Part shown: positions 13,050 to 26,084 of the stretch, piece after piece | Layout of the letters: every line of letters starts with the position of its first letter | Numbering within the stretch: position 1 is the stretch's first letter | Source: Octopus sinensis | Lineage: Eukaryota | DNA: 64,000 nt | Reading direction: 5' to 3' | Assembly: GCF_006345805.1 (NCBI RefSeq) | Contig: NC_042998.1 | Coordinates: 195,982,001-196,046,000 of the forward strand | Notes under the pieces: generated by a model | What the model saw: only the letters and a program-made list of their open reading frames with translations | Databases searched by the model: none | Told to the model about the DNA's origin: nothing | Made by a program: the position numbers and the translations under genes

Positions 13050-13492
13050 GTAGGGATGTGGCTGTGTGGTAAGTAGCTTGCTTACCAACCACATGGTTCC
13101 GGGTTCAGTCCCACTGCGTGGCACCTTGGGCGAGTGTCTTCCACTATAGCCTCGGGGCGACCAAAGCCTTGGGAGTGGATTTGGTAGACGGAAACTGAAA
13201 AGAAGCCCGTCGCATATATGTATATATATATATGTGTGTGTGTATGTATGTGTGTGTGTGTGTGTGTGCGCGCGCGCGCGTGTGTGTATGTTTGTGTATG
13301 TTTGTCCCCCAACATCGCTTGATAACCGATGCTGGTATGTTTACGTTCCCGTAACTTAGCGGTTCGGCAAAGGAGACCGATAGAATAAGTACAAGGCTTA
13401 CAAAGAATAAGTCCTGGGGTCGATTTGCTCGACTATAAAGGCGGTGGTCCAGCATGGCCACAGTCACATGACTGAAACAAGTGAAAGAGTAA
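13050..13492 (+). mobile_element. SINE family 1 copy
   Basis: Full match to the family 1 consensus. Confidence 0.9.
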
Positions 13493-15349
13493 TCGACTAA
13501 CAACAAAGAAATGATATTCAACCAGTGCGTGTATGTTATTATATTATTATTAGCGTAACGAACCTCCCAAGGCAAGATTTGTTTCAACACACGAATTCAC
13601 GTCGAGAATCTTGCTGACTATACACAAAAACGGAGATAATGTATGTATTTCATAATAATATTTACATATAACCATAATGTATATATTTACTTTGGCAAAC
13701 GATGACTGTTTAATCAAGCGCGGGCTTTTGATAATCAAAGGAGGAAGAGAAGGAGGCTGCATTGCTCGAACCCTTCTAAAGATCATTCAGTACATTGAAC
13801 ACTTATTATTCCGAATGAAAATCAAATGATTTGATCTAACTTTCCAAATAATACACCTTTTATTCTGCATAAATCATGGCATTTCTTTATTGTTTTCGAA
13901 ACAAAGAAAATGCAGAGACCCGAGAGATGATGTCTAGGCGAAAGTAGCTGATCAATTAAATAATAGACTGGTTTAATGTTTTAGTGGAACAATTAAGAAT
14001 ATTAATTAACAGGGCAGATACGATGTAAATAAGCTGGTTATTGCAACATTAGTGGAGCAATAAAAAGAAAAGAGTCCTAAACAAGGCTACAATTTCTCTG
14101 AAACACGGCCAACAATAATAATGAATCAATTAACGTGGAGATCCAGTTACTATTTATAAGAGAGAATGTTATCAAATGACTTCTACATAACAACAGTAAA
14201 AGAAAAAACGATCTTATTGTTGTTTTATTGATGAAGAGAATTGACCAAAGGATAAATTTAAATTCTGTTTACAACAAATATGTAATCACTAAGCATCTTA
14301 TTGATAAAAAAAAAAAGAAATCTCCGTCAGTTATTATGAAACCACTAAAATCAATTATAGAGCGACCATTGTAGACCAGTGGATAGTAAATGTTTTTAGC
14401 AGACAGACTGATGAAACAAAATGTCGGCTGGCTGTTTGTTTCTAGGCGGGATCTTAGAAATTACGTCATTTTAACAATTGGACGTTAGTCAGACTAGATT
14501 TACTGAGTATGGACCAACTAAAGGACTAGTAGACGGAGTAGAGAATACTTAGCACATCTCTGTCTGTGAAGTGTGGGCTAAACTAATGAATTTATACAAA
14601 TATTATGGTATTTTTGTTTCGACTGAAATTCAGAATCTACTAGATTTTAGAAGTGAGGTGTCTAACGCGAGAAGGTATGGGATATATGTACGTATGCATG
14701 TATATATGTATGTATGCATCTATGTATGTATGCATGTGAATGTATGTATGTATGTACGTACTTACGTATTGTATGTATGTATGTATATTTGTATTATCTT
14801 ATAGATACAGGTATGGCTTTGTAGTTAAGAGGTTGTCTTAAACTATAGCCCCAAGCCGGCCCGCGAAATTTTTTTCCCCACGAGAGTTCCGGACCCCAGT
14901 AATGAACTTGTCTGCATACAGCCAATCAGAGCAGAGCCACCTTTATCCCTTTTTTCCTTTCTAGTCAGCACCGTGCATTCCTTACTCTTTCCCTCCCTAC
15001 AGGCGGACAGCAACTTCTTCGTCCTCCATCTACCTGTCGGGTAAACAAATAAATATATGTAAATAATATTTCTTCCTTCTTAGTGTTGGTCCTTCGATGT
15101 TCACTGGTGACTCCAACGTTGGTGCAATAATACACTTGCCCAAACTGAACTGCTGGAGTTATTTATTATTTTTTTCAGAAAAATGTTTTAAAAAAGTTAT
15201 GGTGGTTTAAAGCCTGATCCTGTTTCCAGACTGGGTGGAAAGGATCAAACCTCTATTACTTTAAACCTCTACTCTTTTTTTTTTTACTTGTTTCAGTCAT
15301 TTGATTGCAGCCATGCTGGAGCACCGCCTTTAGTCGAGCAAATCGACCC

Positions 15350-15705
15350 CAGTGCGTAACTGGCACTTAATTAATCGACCCCAAAAGGATGAAATGCAAA
15401 GTCGACCTCGGCAGAATTTGAACTCAGAACGTAACGGCAGACAAAATACCACTAAGCATTTCGCCCGGTCTGCTAATGTTTCTGCCAGCTCACCGCTGTA
15501 GAATCACTATGAATATTCTTTTCTACTCTAGGCACAAGACCCGAAATTTTGGGGGAGGGAGCCAGTCGATTTAATCGACCCCAGCATGCAACTGGTACTT
15601 AATTTATCGACCTCGAAAGGATGAAAGACAAAGTCGACCTTGGCGGAACTCGGAGCACAAAGCATTTCACCTGGCATGCTAACGTTCCTGCAAGTTCGGT
15701 ACCTT
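15350..15705 (-). mobile_element. Two SINE family 2 copies
   Basis: Reverse-complement matches (tcgaccccaaaaggatgaaa..gtcgacctcggc..aatttgaactcagaacg). Confidence 0.8.
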
Positions 15706-15844
15706 ACTAAATAACAAATATTGCACTAATTGATACCTTGCCTGATAGTTTGCTTCAATTAATGAGTTGTTACTAATTATCAGCCACACATTGTTATATA
15801 ATGACGTTTGAAAAATTAACTTCTCTCATTAAAGTGAAGAGAAT

Positions 15845-15944
15845 NNNNNNNNNNNNNNNNNNNNNNNNNNNNNNNNNNNNNNNNNNNNNNNNNNNNNNNN
15901 NNNNNNNNNNNNNNNNNNNNNNNNNNNNNNNNNNNNNNNNNNNN
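15845..15944. other. Assembly gap (100 N placeholder)
   Basis: A run of exactly 100 N; the true distance and orientation across it are unknown. Confidence 0.98.
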
Positions 15945-15989
15945 TTCTTCTCTCTCTCTACCTCCCACGTCCTTTTATCTTCTCTCTCA

Positions 15990-16023
<34 letters not shown>

Positions 16024-16034
16024 CTATCTATCCA

Positions 16035-16124
<90 letters not shown>

Positions 16125-16177
16125 CATGTCTATCTATCTGTCTCTCTATCTGTCTGTCTATCTATCTGTCTGTCTGC

Positions 16178-16238
<61 letters not shown>

Positions 16239-16243
16239 AACCA

Positions 16244-16275
<32 letters not shown>

Positions 16276-16320
16276 ATCTGTCTATCTATCTATCTATCAA
16301 TCAATCTATCTATCTATCCT

Positions 16321-16414
<94 letters not shown>

Positions 16415-16440
16415 CCTATCCTTCTATCTATCTCACTCTC
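15945..16440. repeat. (TCTA)n/(CT)n microsatellite
   Basis: Directly visible. Confidence 0.95.
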
Positions 16441-16463
16441 TCTGTACATATATATATGCATGC

Positions 16464-16881
16464 TTTTACTCTTTTATCCTTTTAATTGTTTCAGTCATTT
16501 GGCGGCGGCCATGCTGGGGCACCACCGTTTAGCAAATCGACCCCAGGACCTACTCTTTGTAAGCCTAGTACTTATTCTGCTGGTCTCTTTTTGCGGAACT
16601 GCTAAGTTACGGGGACGTAAACACACCAACATCGCATAGCATCGCATGTCAAGCGATGTTGGTGGGGACAAACAGACACACAAACACATACACATACATA
16701 TATATATATATACATATATACGACAGGCTTCTTTCAGTTTCCGTCTACCAAATCCACTCACAAGGCATTGGTCGGCCCGAGGCTATAGCAGAAGACACCT
16801 GCCCAAGGTGCCACGCAGTGGGACTGAACCTGGAACCATGTGGTTGGTAAGCAAGCTACTTACCACACAGCCACTCCTGCA
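16464..16881 (-). mobile_element. SINE family 1 copy
   Basis: Reverse-complement match to the consensus. Confidence 0.9.
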
Positions 16882-17402
16882 TGTATGTGAGGTGGGTGGG
16901 CTGGGGTGAGTGTGTGTATTTACATTCCCTTTTTCCCTTTCTTCTCATTTCAGAGCATCTTTGTATCATAAAAAAACTATTTTCTTTTGATTTTTTAATT
17001 TTTTGCTTCATATTTCTACTTAAAATTACACCCCCTCTCTCTGTCACTCTCTCTCTCTTTCTCTCTCTCTCTCCCTCTCTCCCAGTTTCTCTGTTTCCCT
17101 CGCTTTCTTTGTAATATATAACAAACAATTCTCTCTTACAAATGCACACATACATATATATATGTATGTGTATACAAATTATACAAAGGTACATAAACAC
17201 TCATACAAATACATGCAAATATACATGTATATATGTATATAAATATATGCATATAATACACACACACACACTCATATATATATATATTTATATATATATA
17301 TATATATAATATATATATATAATATAATATACACACACACACACACACAAATATACAAGTATACATGTGTACATATACATATACATATATATACCACACA
17401 CA

Positions 17403-17435
<33 letters not shown>

Positions 17436-17548
17436 CATGTGTGTGTGTATCATATATTGTATGCATATATGTATTACACACATATATGCTTACAGACATT
17501 GCCATAACCAACAAAGTGATCCTTACATATATATATATATATATACAT

Positions 17549-17587
<39 letters not shown>

Positions 17588-17841
17588 TATATATACACAC
17601 ACACACACACATATATATAAGCATATATATACATACACATATATATACTTACACATATATATACATACATATATATATATACATACATATATATTAATAC
17701 ATGCATATATATATATATATACACACACACATGTAAAGATTCATGCTTATATACATACACAACACACACACACACACACATCACACATCACACACACATA
17801 ATAGTTTGCCTGCATCAAAGTTCCCTGCATCTCTTATTTAC

Positions 17842-18055
17842 CAGGTATATTTGCTCTGCTCCAGTAATATGATCAGTCGACATTACACCAACAGACGTAT
17901 TTACCATACTTCCGGCGCCTCACTTCTTACACACGTGCCTATTAAGCTCACACATGGCTACAAACCACCAACACTCACTCGTGGCATCTGCTAATGTTCA
18001 GGCATTATTTTAATATTGATTTGTCTCCCTTGTTTTCATACAGATCCGCCCCCCC
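17842..18055 (-). promoter_or_regulatory. Candidate promoter/first exon (GC box, E-box, ETS site, ATG, splice donor)
   Basis: On the minus strand: GGGCGG (18046-51), CACGTG (17932-37), CCGGAAGT (17908-15), ATG at 17907, 22 codons MVNTSVGVMSTDHITGAEQIYL, then CTG|GTAAAT. CpGs are retained locally. Confidence 0.35.
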
Positions 18056-18199
18056 CTCCACTGATTAGGAGAAGAAATACATATATATCTATACATACTG
18101 GCCACTTATTTTTTCTGTTCCATGAGGATAGATAACATGTATTTATCTACATATATTCCCATAGCGATGACATGTGAAAAGCACCACACAAGCGGGAAA

Positions 18200-18525
18200 A
18201 AAGTCAGCGTTGCCATACCGGCACATGACAAACAACATTTGAGTGTGGTCGTTGCCAGTGCCGCTGGACTGGCTCCCATGCAGGTAGCATGTAAAAAACA
18301 TCTTTTGAGCGTAGTTGTTGCCAGAACTGCCTGACTGGCCCTCGTGCTGGTGGCATGTAAAAAGCACACCCTACACTCTCGGAGTGGTTGGTAGTAGGAA
18401 AGGCATCCAGCTGTAGAAACACTGCGAGATCAGATTGGAGCCTGGTGCAGCTCACCAATCCTCATTCAAACTATCCAATCCATGCCAGCAAAGCAGACGT
18501 TAAACAATGATGATGATGATGATGA

Positions 18526-18527
<2 letters not shown>
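18200..18527 (+). mobile_element. RTE 3'-tail repeat (ends in (GAT)n), CpG-decayed
   Basis: Matches the 3' UTR of the RTE at 47.9 kb. Confidence 0.8.
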
Positions 18528-18560
<33 letters not shown>

Positions 18561-18816
18561 ATTTGAGGGAATAAAATCCAAACTTACAAGGAAAAAATTC
18601 AATTTAGAAATACTAAATCAAATTTCACACAATATAATATATATATATATAAAAAATTAGAAAAAAACACCTTTTATCAATTCAAAATGAACAATTAAAT
18701 TACACCATCTAGAAAATTACATATAATAGAAATATTAAAATTAAAATAAAAATAAAATGTCAATGATTAAGTAAATTGCAAAATAATAATAATAAAAACG
18801 TATATAGTTTGTAGAA

Positions 18817-18905
18817 TAACGACACGTGTTTCATGGCTATATTTAAGAAAAGATTATAGTTGTAGAGAAATCACTTCGATATAAATATAGCCACTCATCA
18901 GGTTA
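18817..18905 (-). ncRNA. Minimal type I hammerhead ribozyme
   Basis: TAAC-CTGATGA-GTGGCTATATTTA-(36 nt)-TAAATATAGCCAT-GAAA-CACGTG-TC-GTTA. The core is intact, with 13-bp stem II, palindromic stem III ACACGTGT, GUC cleavage triplet and 4-bp stem I. Confidence 0.8.
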
Positions 18906-19959
18906 AAAATAAATTAGAACAAAGCTTAAAATACCAGAAAATATAATTTTACAATAAATTTGACTCTCATCTCAATATAAAGCCATCAATAAATACTCTA
19001 TTTTTATTCTCATACTTGATGTAAAAGAATAAAGTGAAATTTACATTTGTGTGTGTGTGTGTGTTTATATATATATCCCTCTATTATACTTTAAAACTTT
19101 GTAACTAGCGCAAAGCCACCTCCCTCAGTACCATTCTGTCTTTTGACTGAAGGTTTTTCTTTGTCCGGCAAATTTTTGGTGCCATGAAAGGAAAAAAGGC
19201 ACCTGATACACTTTGTAAAGGGGTCGGCATTAGGAAGGGCGGCCAGCCATAGAAACCATGTCAAAGTAAACAATGGAGCCTGGTGCGGTTCTCTAGCCTT
19301 GCCAACTCCTGTCGAACCATCCAACCCATGCCAGCATGGAAAAACAGACATTAAATGGTGATGATGAGAAGGAGGAGGATGACGACAACGACGACAACGA
19401 AGATGATGATGACGATGACGATGATGACAATGACGATGATGATGATGATGAAGATGATGATTATGATGATGATGATGATACAGTACCATCTTAAGGCATG
19501 AGCACACAGGGCAGCTGCTTGGGCTCTTCAGGGACCCAGGACCCAGTCCTGGTCTAATGTAGGCTGTGGCTTGCTATCAACAAGAAAATACAATAGGGCC
19601 CAGTGATTTGCCTGGACGCCAATAATCCCGCTCGGATGGCCCTGCTAACGCATGGCATTTATGTACCTGTGTCTTGGCTGGAGAAACTTTTCCTGAGTAC
19701 TCCAATTTTTTTAGAGACATTGAATAAATTAAACAACGTCTGATGGAATTCACACAATTCAAGAAACACAAATTTTATCAAATATTCTATCAATTTTAAC
19801 ACTGAATTCTTGTTTTCCTTTTGTATTCATGAAGCGTCTCATTTATATTTAAATAGTTATTATCACATAACATTACATTTTCTTGTACAGCCTTCGTCAC
19901 ATTAATAATTGCTTCATTTTGTCTTTTGAAGCAGTTACATTCTTTCAGTATTATTGTTG

Positions 19960-20398
19960 TTGTTGTTTCTTTTTGCCAGAGATTTTGTTGGAACCCCTGG
20001 AGTCTTGCATGTGCAGCAGGCTTGCTCCCTGCATCCTACAGTACCTTGCTATCCATTCTTTTCAACTCTCTAAGACTTACCTGATTATTCTGGCTGTGCC
20101 AAGGTGGCAAACCTCTTGCAACAGTTCTACTGGGTACTCTATTCCAATTTCCTTTATATTCCCCTTGATGCCTTCTGGTACTGTTCCCAAGGACCCAACA
20201 ATAATTGGCACTTTCTTCACAGTCTTCATTTTCCATAGCCAGGATATTTCATACTTAAGATGGTTATATCTGTCTATCTTTTCGCCTTCCTTCTTGACCA
20301 TTTCTGGGTCAAAGGGGCATGCAACATCAACCATATAGCACGTGTGGTGCACCTTGTCTACCACCACTAGGTCCCATCTGTTATGCTCTAGCACTAGA
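19960..20398 (-). mobile_element. R4/Dong-type REL LINE 3' fragment
   Basis: HNRWDLVVVDKVHHTCYMVDVACPFD..KEGEKIDRYNHLKYEI..VPIIVGSLGTV. The 5' junction is in (TAA)n. Confidence 0.85.
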
Positions 20399-20399
20399 T

Positions 20400-20415
20400 C
20401 TTTATTATTATTATT

Positions 20416-20450
<35 letters not shown>

Positions 20451-20489
20451 CCCGTCATCATCATCACCACCACCACCACCACCACCACC

Positions 20490-20523
<34 letters not shown>

Positions 20524-20587
20524 TCATCATCATTATCATCATCATCATCCTCCCGTCATCATCATCATCACCACCACCACCACCACC

Positions 20588-20621
<34 letters not shown>

Positions 20622-20623
20622 TT

Positions 20624-20655
<32 letters not shown>

Positions 20656-20683
20656 TATCATCATCATCATCATCATCATCATT

Positions 20684-20742
<59 letters not shown>

Positions 20743-20791
20743 TATCATCATCATCATCCTCCGTCCTCATCATCACCACCCCACCACCACC

Positions 20792-20825
<34 letters not shown>

Positions 20826-20890
20826 TCATCATCATTATCATCATCATCATCATCCCCGTCATCATCATCATCACCACCACCACCACCACC

Positions 20891-20952
<62 letters not shown>

Positions 20953-20999
20953 TATCATCATCATCATCCTCCCGTCATCATCATCACCACCACACCACC

Positions 21000-21033
<34 letters not shown>

Positions 21034-21098
21034 TCATCATCACATCATCATCATCATCATCATCCTCCCTCATCATCATCACCACCACCACCACCACC

Positions 21099-21145
<47 letters not shown>

Positions 21146-21195
21146 TATCATCATCATCATCATCATCATTATCATCATCATCATCATTATTATTA
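20400..21195. repeat. Compound (CAT)n/(CAC)n array with an about 100-bp higher-order unit
   Basis: The anchor CCTCCCGT or a variant recurs at about 20447, 20549, 20758, 20853, 20968 and 21064. Confidence 0.9.
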
Positions 21196-21470
21196 AGGCA
21201 GCGAGTTGGCAGAACCATTAGCACACTGGACAAGATGCTTAACAGCATTTCATACATCTTTACATTCTAAGTTCAAATTCCGCCAAGGTCACCTTTACCT
21301 TTCATTTTCTTAGGATTGATAAAATAAATACAGTCAAGTACTGTGAGTTGATAGACTTGACTTGTCTCTCCCCACAAAATTCCAGGCCTTGCGCCTTTAG
21401 TAGAAATGGGGTCCTCATAACTGACTAATCCCTACCCTCTAAAATTGCTGGCCTTGTGCCAAAATTTGAA
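21196..21470 (+). mobile_element. SINE family 2, CpG-decayed copy
   Basis: aaggcagcgagttggcagaaccattagcacactggacaagatgc. Confidence 0.75.
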
Positions 21471-22052
21471 GCCATTATTGATTACACGGATATAGTGGCC
21501 ATTACCATATTTGATGGCTTCTAAGATGTTCTTCCCAAAAACATATCTCAAAAAAAAATCCCCTTGTGTCCTACATGCAAAGAAGGGTCTTATATTACAT
21601 GCTTTGATGCTCTAAAAACTACTTTTCCTGAACATGTGCTGCTAGAATTGGGGTGTGTCTAATATACCCAAGCATCTTTTATGAAAGTATGTCATGCTGT
21701 TGATTTCTAAAAAGAATGAAATGGCGTAATACATTATTAATGATAAGAAATACAATGACTAGAAATACAAAATAATATTGCAAAATCTTGAATGATTTTC
21801 CTTATTAGAAGTCAGGATTTTGTTTATTTTATTGTTCTGTCTTGTTTCTTAATTGATCAGAACCATTATTGGCTGATCAATGTGGCTCCACTGAATAATT
21901 TGTAGGGGTGGATATGTTGAGGGTGTTTGTTTGCCGATCTGAAGTGATGGCTGGTGGAGTTGATGAAAGAAGTAACTGGACAACACCAGGAACAATTAAC
22001 GGAACATTTGTCATTTTATTATGGTCTTTTACAAATAATAACAGCAATGATT

Positions 22053-22622
22053 ACCAGGAGTGGCTGTGTGGTAAATAGCTTGCTTACCAACCACATGGTT
22101 CCACATGGGTTCAGTCCCACTGCATGGAACCTTGGCCAAGTGTCTTCAACTATAGCCTTGGGCTGACGAAAGCCTTGTGAGTGGATTTGGTAGACGGAAA
22201 CTGAAAGAAGCCCATCATATATAAGTTTAAATTATTAATTTAAATTTTTTTAAAATTTTAACTTTAATTTAAATATTTTAATTGGATTTTTATATTTTTT
22301 AATCAATTTTATTTCTATGTATTGGCTTATGATTTTCACTGTTTGATTTGCCTAATAGTGGGTTTTATCTCTAATTTAATATAATATATATATATATATA
22401 TAATATAATATATATATATGTTTGTGTGTCTGTATTTGTTCCCCGCCCATCGCTTGACAATCGATGTTGGTGTGTTTACGTCCTCGTAACTTAGCATTTC
22501 AGCAAAAGAGAACCAATAGAATAAGTACTGGGCTTACGAAGAATAAGTCCTGTGATCGATATGCTCGACTAAAAGGCAATGCTCCAGCATGGCCACAGTC
22601 AAAAAACTGAAACAAATGAAAA
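22053..22622 (+). mobile_element. SINE family 1 with AT-rich internal expansion
   Basis: The 5' and 3' halves match the consensus. Confidence 0.8.
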
Positions 22623-22899
22623 GAATATTGGTGGGGAGACATACTATTGGGATCTACAACAATTTAACTGACACAACAACCTGTGACTGACCCATCATAA
22701 CTGGAAACAGTTGTGCTATATTTGTGGCAATGGAGGTTCTTGTAGCCTATCTGTCTTCTGTCTTCTGTCTTAACCATCTGGCTGTGACAAGAATGGAGAT
22801 GCAATGTGCAGCTGCCTCAACATTCTGCAATAAACACCAAAAGCAGTGTTTTTATAAGGCACAAGGGGAAAGTTTGAATCACATAGTTAAGTTAAGCTA

Positions 22900-23305
22900 A
22901 GTTAAGTTAATATTTTGGCTCAAAAAGCAAAAAGCAAGGCCATGAAGGGGGACATGGAGTTATGTACAGGGAGGGTGTTCATGCAAAGAGTTCAGGCCAT
23001 TTCTGATCAAGAGAGGCTTTGAACCGAGCGGTCGTCGGCATCTTCACTATCTCGTCCGGCAGCTTATTCCACAGATCCGCAACCCGGACGGAGAAAGCCC
23101 CTCTCCTTTGATTGAGACGAAATCGTTGCAGATAGAGCTTTTCGGAATGACCCCGCAGCCGACACTCTGGAGCAGGAGTGAAGAACAGCTCTTTCGAGAG
23201 GTTACACTTTCCGCTTATGATGTTGTGAGCAAGAATGAGATCACCACGGCGTCGTCATTTTTCTAGAGAATAAAGGTCAAGCGTCCTCAGCCTTTCTTCA
23301 TGATG
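22900..23305 (-). mobile_element. CR1-clade LINE 3' end with (TAAC)n-like tail
   Basis: YEERLRTLDLYSLEK*RRRGDLI..LRGHSEKL..FSVRVADLWNKLP. Confidence 0.9.
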
Positions 23306-23584
23306 GCTTGATGCTGATTGGTTGCTTAATAGACCAATCACATGAAAGTATTGTGGTTCAGTCATGATGTCTGACCAGTTAGCAGTTCAGTCTCAAATCA
23401 CTGTACAAGCTAATAGGCAATATCTTTAAGAACCCTAAGAGTTGTCAGTCTGCCTCATTGTCCAAACAGAACATATTTCGGAACGTAACCATGGGGCTGA
23501 GATTCACTGAGTGGAAATGAACCATGTATTTCTTGCTCTAACCTGCTACAAGTTAGACCACAATGAATTTCCCAGTCACTCCTT

Positions 23585-24105
23585 TCATCATCATCATCAT
23601 CGTTTAACGTCCGTTTTCCATGCTAGCACGGGTTGGACGGTTCGACTGAGGACTGGGAAGCCAGGAGGCTGCACCAGGCTCCAGTCTGATCTAGCAGTGT
23701 TTCTACAGCTGGATGCCCTTCCTAATGCCAACCACTCCGTGAGTGTAGTGGGTGCTTTTTACGTGCCACCAGCACAGGTGCCAGGGGAGGCTGGCAGCGG
23801 CCATGATTGGTTGGTGCTTTTTACGTGCCACCAGCACAGAAGCCAGTCTAGGCGGCGCTGGCATCAGCCAAGTTCGGATGGTGCTTTTTACGTGCCACTG
23901 ACACAGAAGCCAGCCGAAGCAGCACTGGCATCGGCCACGTTCGGATGGTGCTTTTTACATGCCACCAGCATAGGTGCCAGGCGAGGCTGGCAATGGCCAC
24001 AATCGGTTGGTGCTTTTTACGTGCCACCGGCACAGAAGCCAGTCGAAGCGGCACTGGCAATGGCCACGTTCGGATGGTGCTTTTTACGTGCCACTGACAC
24101 AGTTT
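23585..24105 (-). mobile_element. RTE 3'-tail repeat with about 6 tandem hairpin units
   Basis: (CAT)n-cgtttaacgtccgttttccatgc.. followed by repeated ggtgctttttacgtgccacc..gcac units. Confidence 0.85.
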
Positions 24106-25157
24106 TACATTCCCACTTTGTCTAAATTAAATATCTGAATATTTCTCTGCTTTACTTCACATTTTACATTCACTGCAAACACATTTGCTTCACAGGAATT
24201 CTTCAGAAACTTAGGTGCTAAGATTTCATTACTAAGAAACCATTTCCTTTTAATTCCTGTGTCCTGTCTTATATTCAACTTTTCTGGAAATTTTCAACTG
24301 GCCTCATAGACTCATGCTGCCAAAAATTTCTTGTGCTTTTCAAAAGAGGTCAAAGCAAACATAATTTGTTACTCGATCTATGACACCTCTCTCTCTCTCT
24401 CTCTCTCCCTCCCTTCCTCTCTCAGTCTCTCTCTCTTTCTCTCTCTCTCTCTCTCCCTTCCTCTCTCAGTCCCTCTCTCTTTCTCTTTCTCTTGAGGAAT
24501 TTTTGGCAAACATGAAATAACCTCTCAATTTCGTTTGTAATTAGAACTGGGTCATCAGTAACGACTTCAGTTTTCCAGTTAGCTGAGTTTCATTACAACC
24601 AAATTAAGCATCTTTTTCATTAAATTTTGAAATATAATCAACATTTACAACACAGACTTTTCGAGATGCCATCTTGAATATTTTTATTCCAACATAGAAA
24701 ACAACAAACAACCATTTATAACAAAGTATTTGTGAGTGGTGGAGAGCGTGCATGTGTGTGTGTGTATATATATATATGTATATATATTTATATATATATA
24801 TATTACTGTGAAAATGATAAGGGTAGAAAATTTAGAGAAATTCTCTTCCGGTGGCCAACATGTGTAATAAAGTCATTAGACAACATATTATTCATATAAA
24901 AAAAATGTACTTATTTATACACAAAGAAGTGACCTTTAAACAGGACACTTTACATACTAGAAAGGGCAGTTAAAGCCCAAACCACGAATAAGAGTAACTT
25001 CAAAGGGAAAGAAGAATAAATATTTCTATAGTTACCCCTAGACTCGAGTTTCTGCATCAATGTGCAAAAAAATTAATTTGCCATCCATGCTTCTTCATTA
25101 AGGAAACTAAAATTAATGCATTTTTATGTGTGCTCGGAGAATACATATATATATATA

Positions 25158-25241
<84 letters not shown>

Positions 25242-25859
25242 CATATTTATATTTTTATCTGGTGAAAGCCAGTTTATGGGATTACCCTAAATCTCCTGTC
25301 CATATTGGGTTACAAGAAACCCAGTGTAACTGCATAATCCAGCCTTCACCAGACAAAAATGTGGTCTGCTCTATTTCATAGAATGTACTTCTTCTCCAGA
25401 TTTATGTTTTTCTAAAAAACGATATATATTTATATCATGAAGTATATTTGCCACTTAAATGTGGCTAACCCTTAAGGGTCGATGCTACTGTAGCTTGTAG
25501 CCCCAGGAAGACATATCCTCCAGCTAGTTATTGACACACTATTTGTGCCCTATCAGTATTTTCAAAGGGAAGTCATCCTTCCCATCTCCAGCCTGATGTG
25601 ATACACGTGGATCCGAGTTTCTGGGTATTGACCCATCATCAGCGTGTGACAACCACCAGTTGGCGATGGGAAGTGGTTCCCAATGCAAATATATATATAT
25701 ATATACTTTTTCCAGTCGTGATCATCATCTTAATCATTTTAATGACCACTTTCCTATGTTTGCATGGGTCCGATGGAATTCAACACAGAATTTTTTTTAG
25801 CTGGATGCCCTTTGTATGACCAATCCTTACTTGTTTGCAACCAAGGCAAATATTTTGTC

Positions 25860-26048
25860 GCCATGATAGATCGTTAGCCACTACACACATTTTTTTTCTC
25901 TCCTTGTTTTTTTTTTCTGTGTCCCTTTCAGTAAAAGAGCGTGGGCTCGAAACGTAAAAGCCTTTTTCAATTTTGAGCGTTATACTAATACGTCTGTTTG
26001 TTTTCTACACCACCTCTGTCTTCGTCTTTTGTTTTTTTCGTAAATTCT

Positions 26049-26084
<36 letters not shown>

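Noticed and set aside
14405-14435. CTGATGAAAC..GTC as HHR or C/D box snoRNA
   Set aside because: There is no stem II and no matching D box or terminal stem.
15205-15270. pre-miRNA-like hairpin
   Set aside because: Only about 13 bp of core stem, and no recognised mature miRNA.
15801-16532. 243-aa ORF
   Set aside because: It runs through the N gap and (TCTA)n.
20319-21257. Long poly-His/Ser/Ile/Asp ORFs
   Set aside because: They are translations of (CAT)n/(CAC)n repeats, open in many frames.
23770-24095. CRISPR-like repeat-spacer appearance of ggtgctttttacgtgccacc units
   Set aside because: The spacers are similar to each other, the array is part of the RTE 3' UTR, the DNA is eukaryotic and there are no cas genes.
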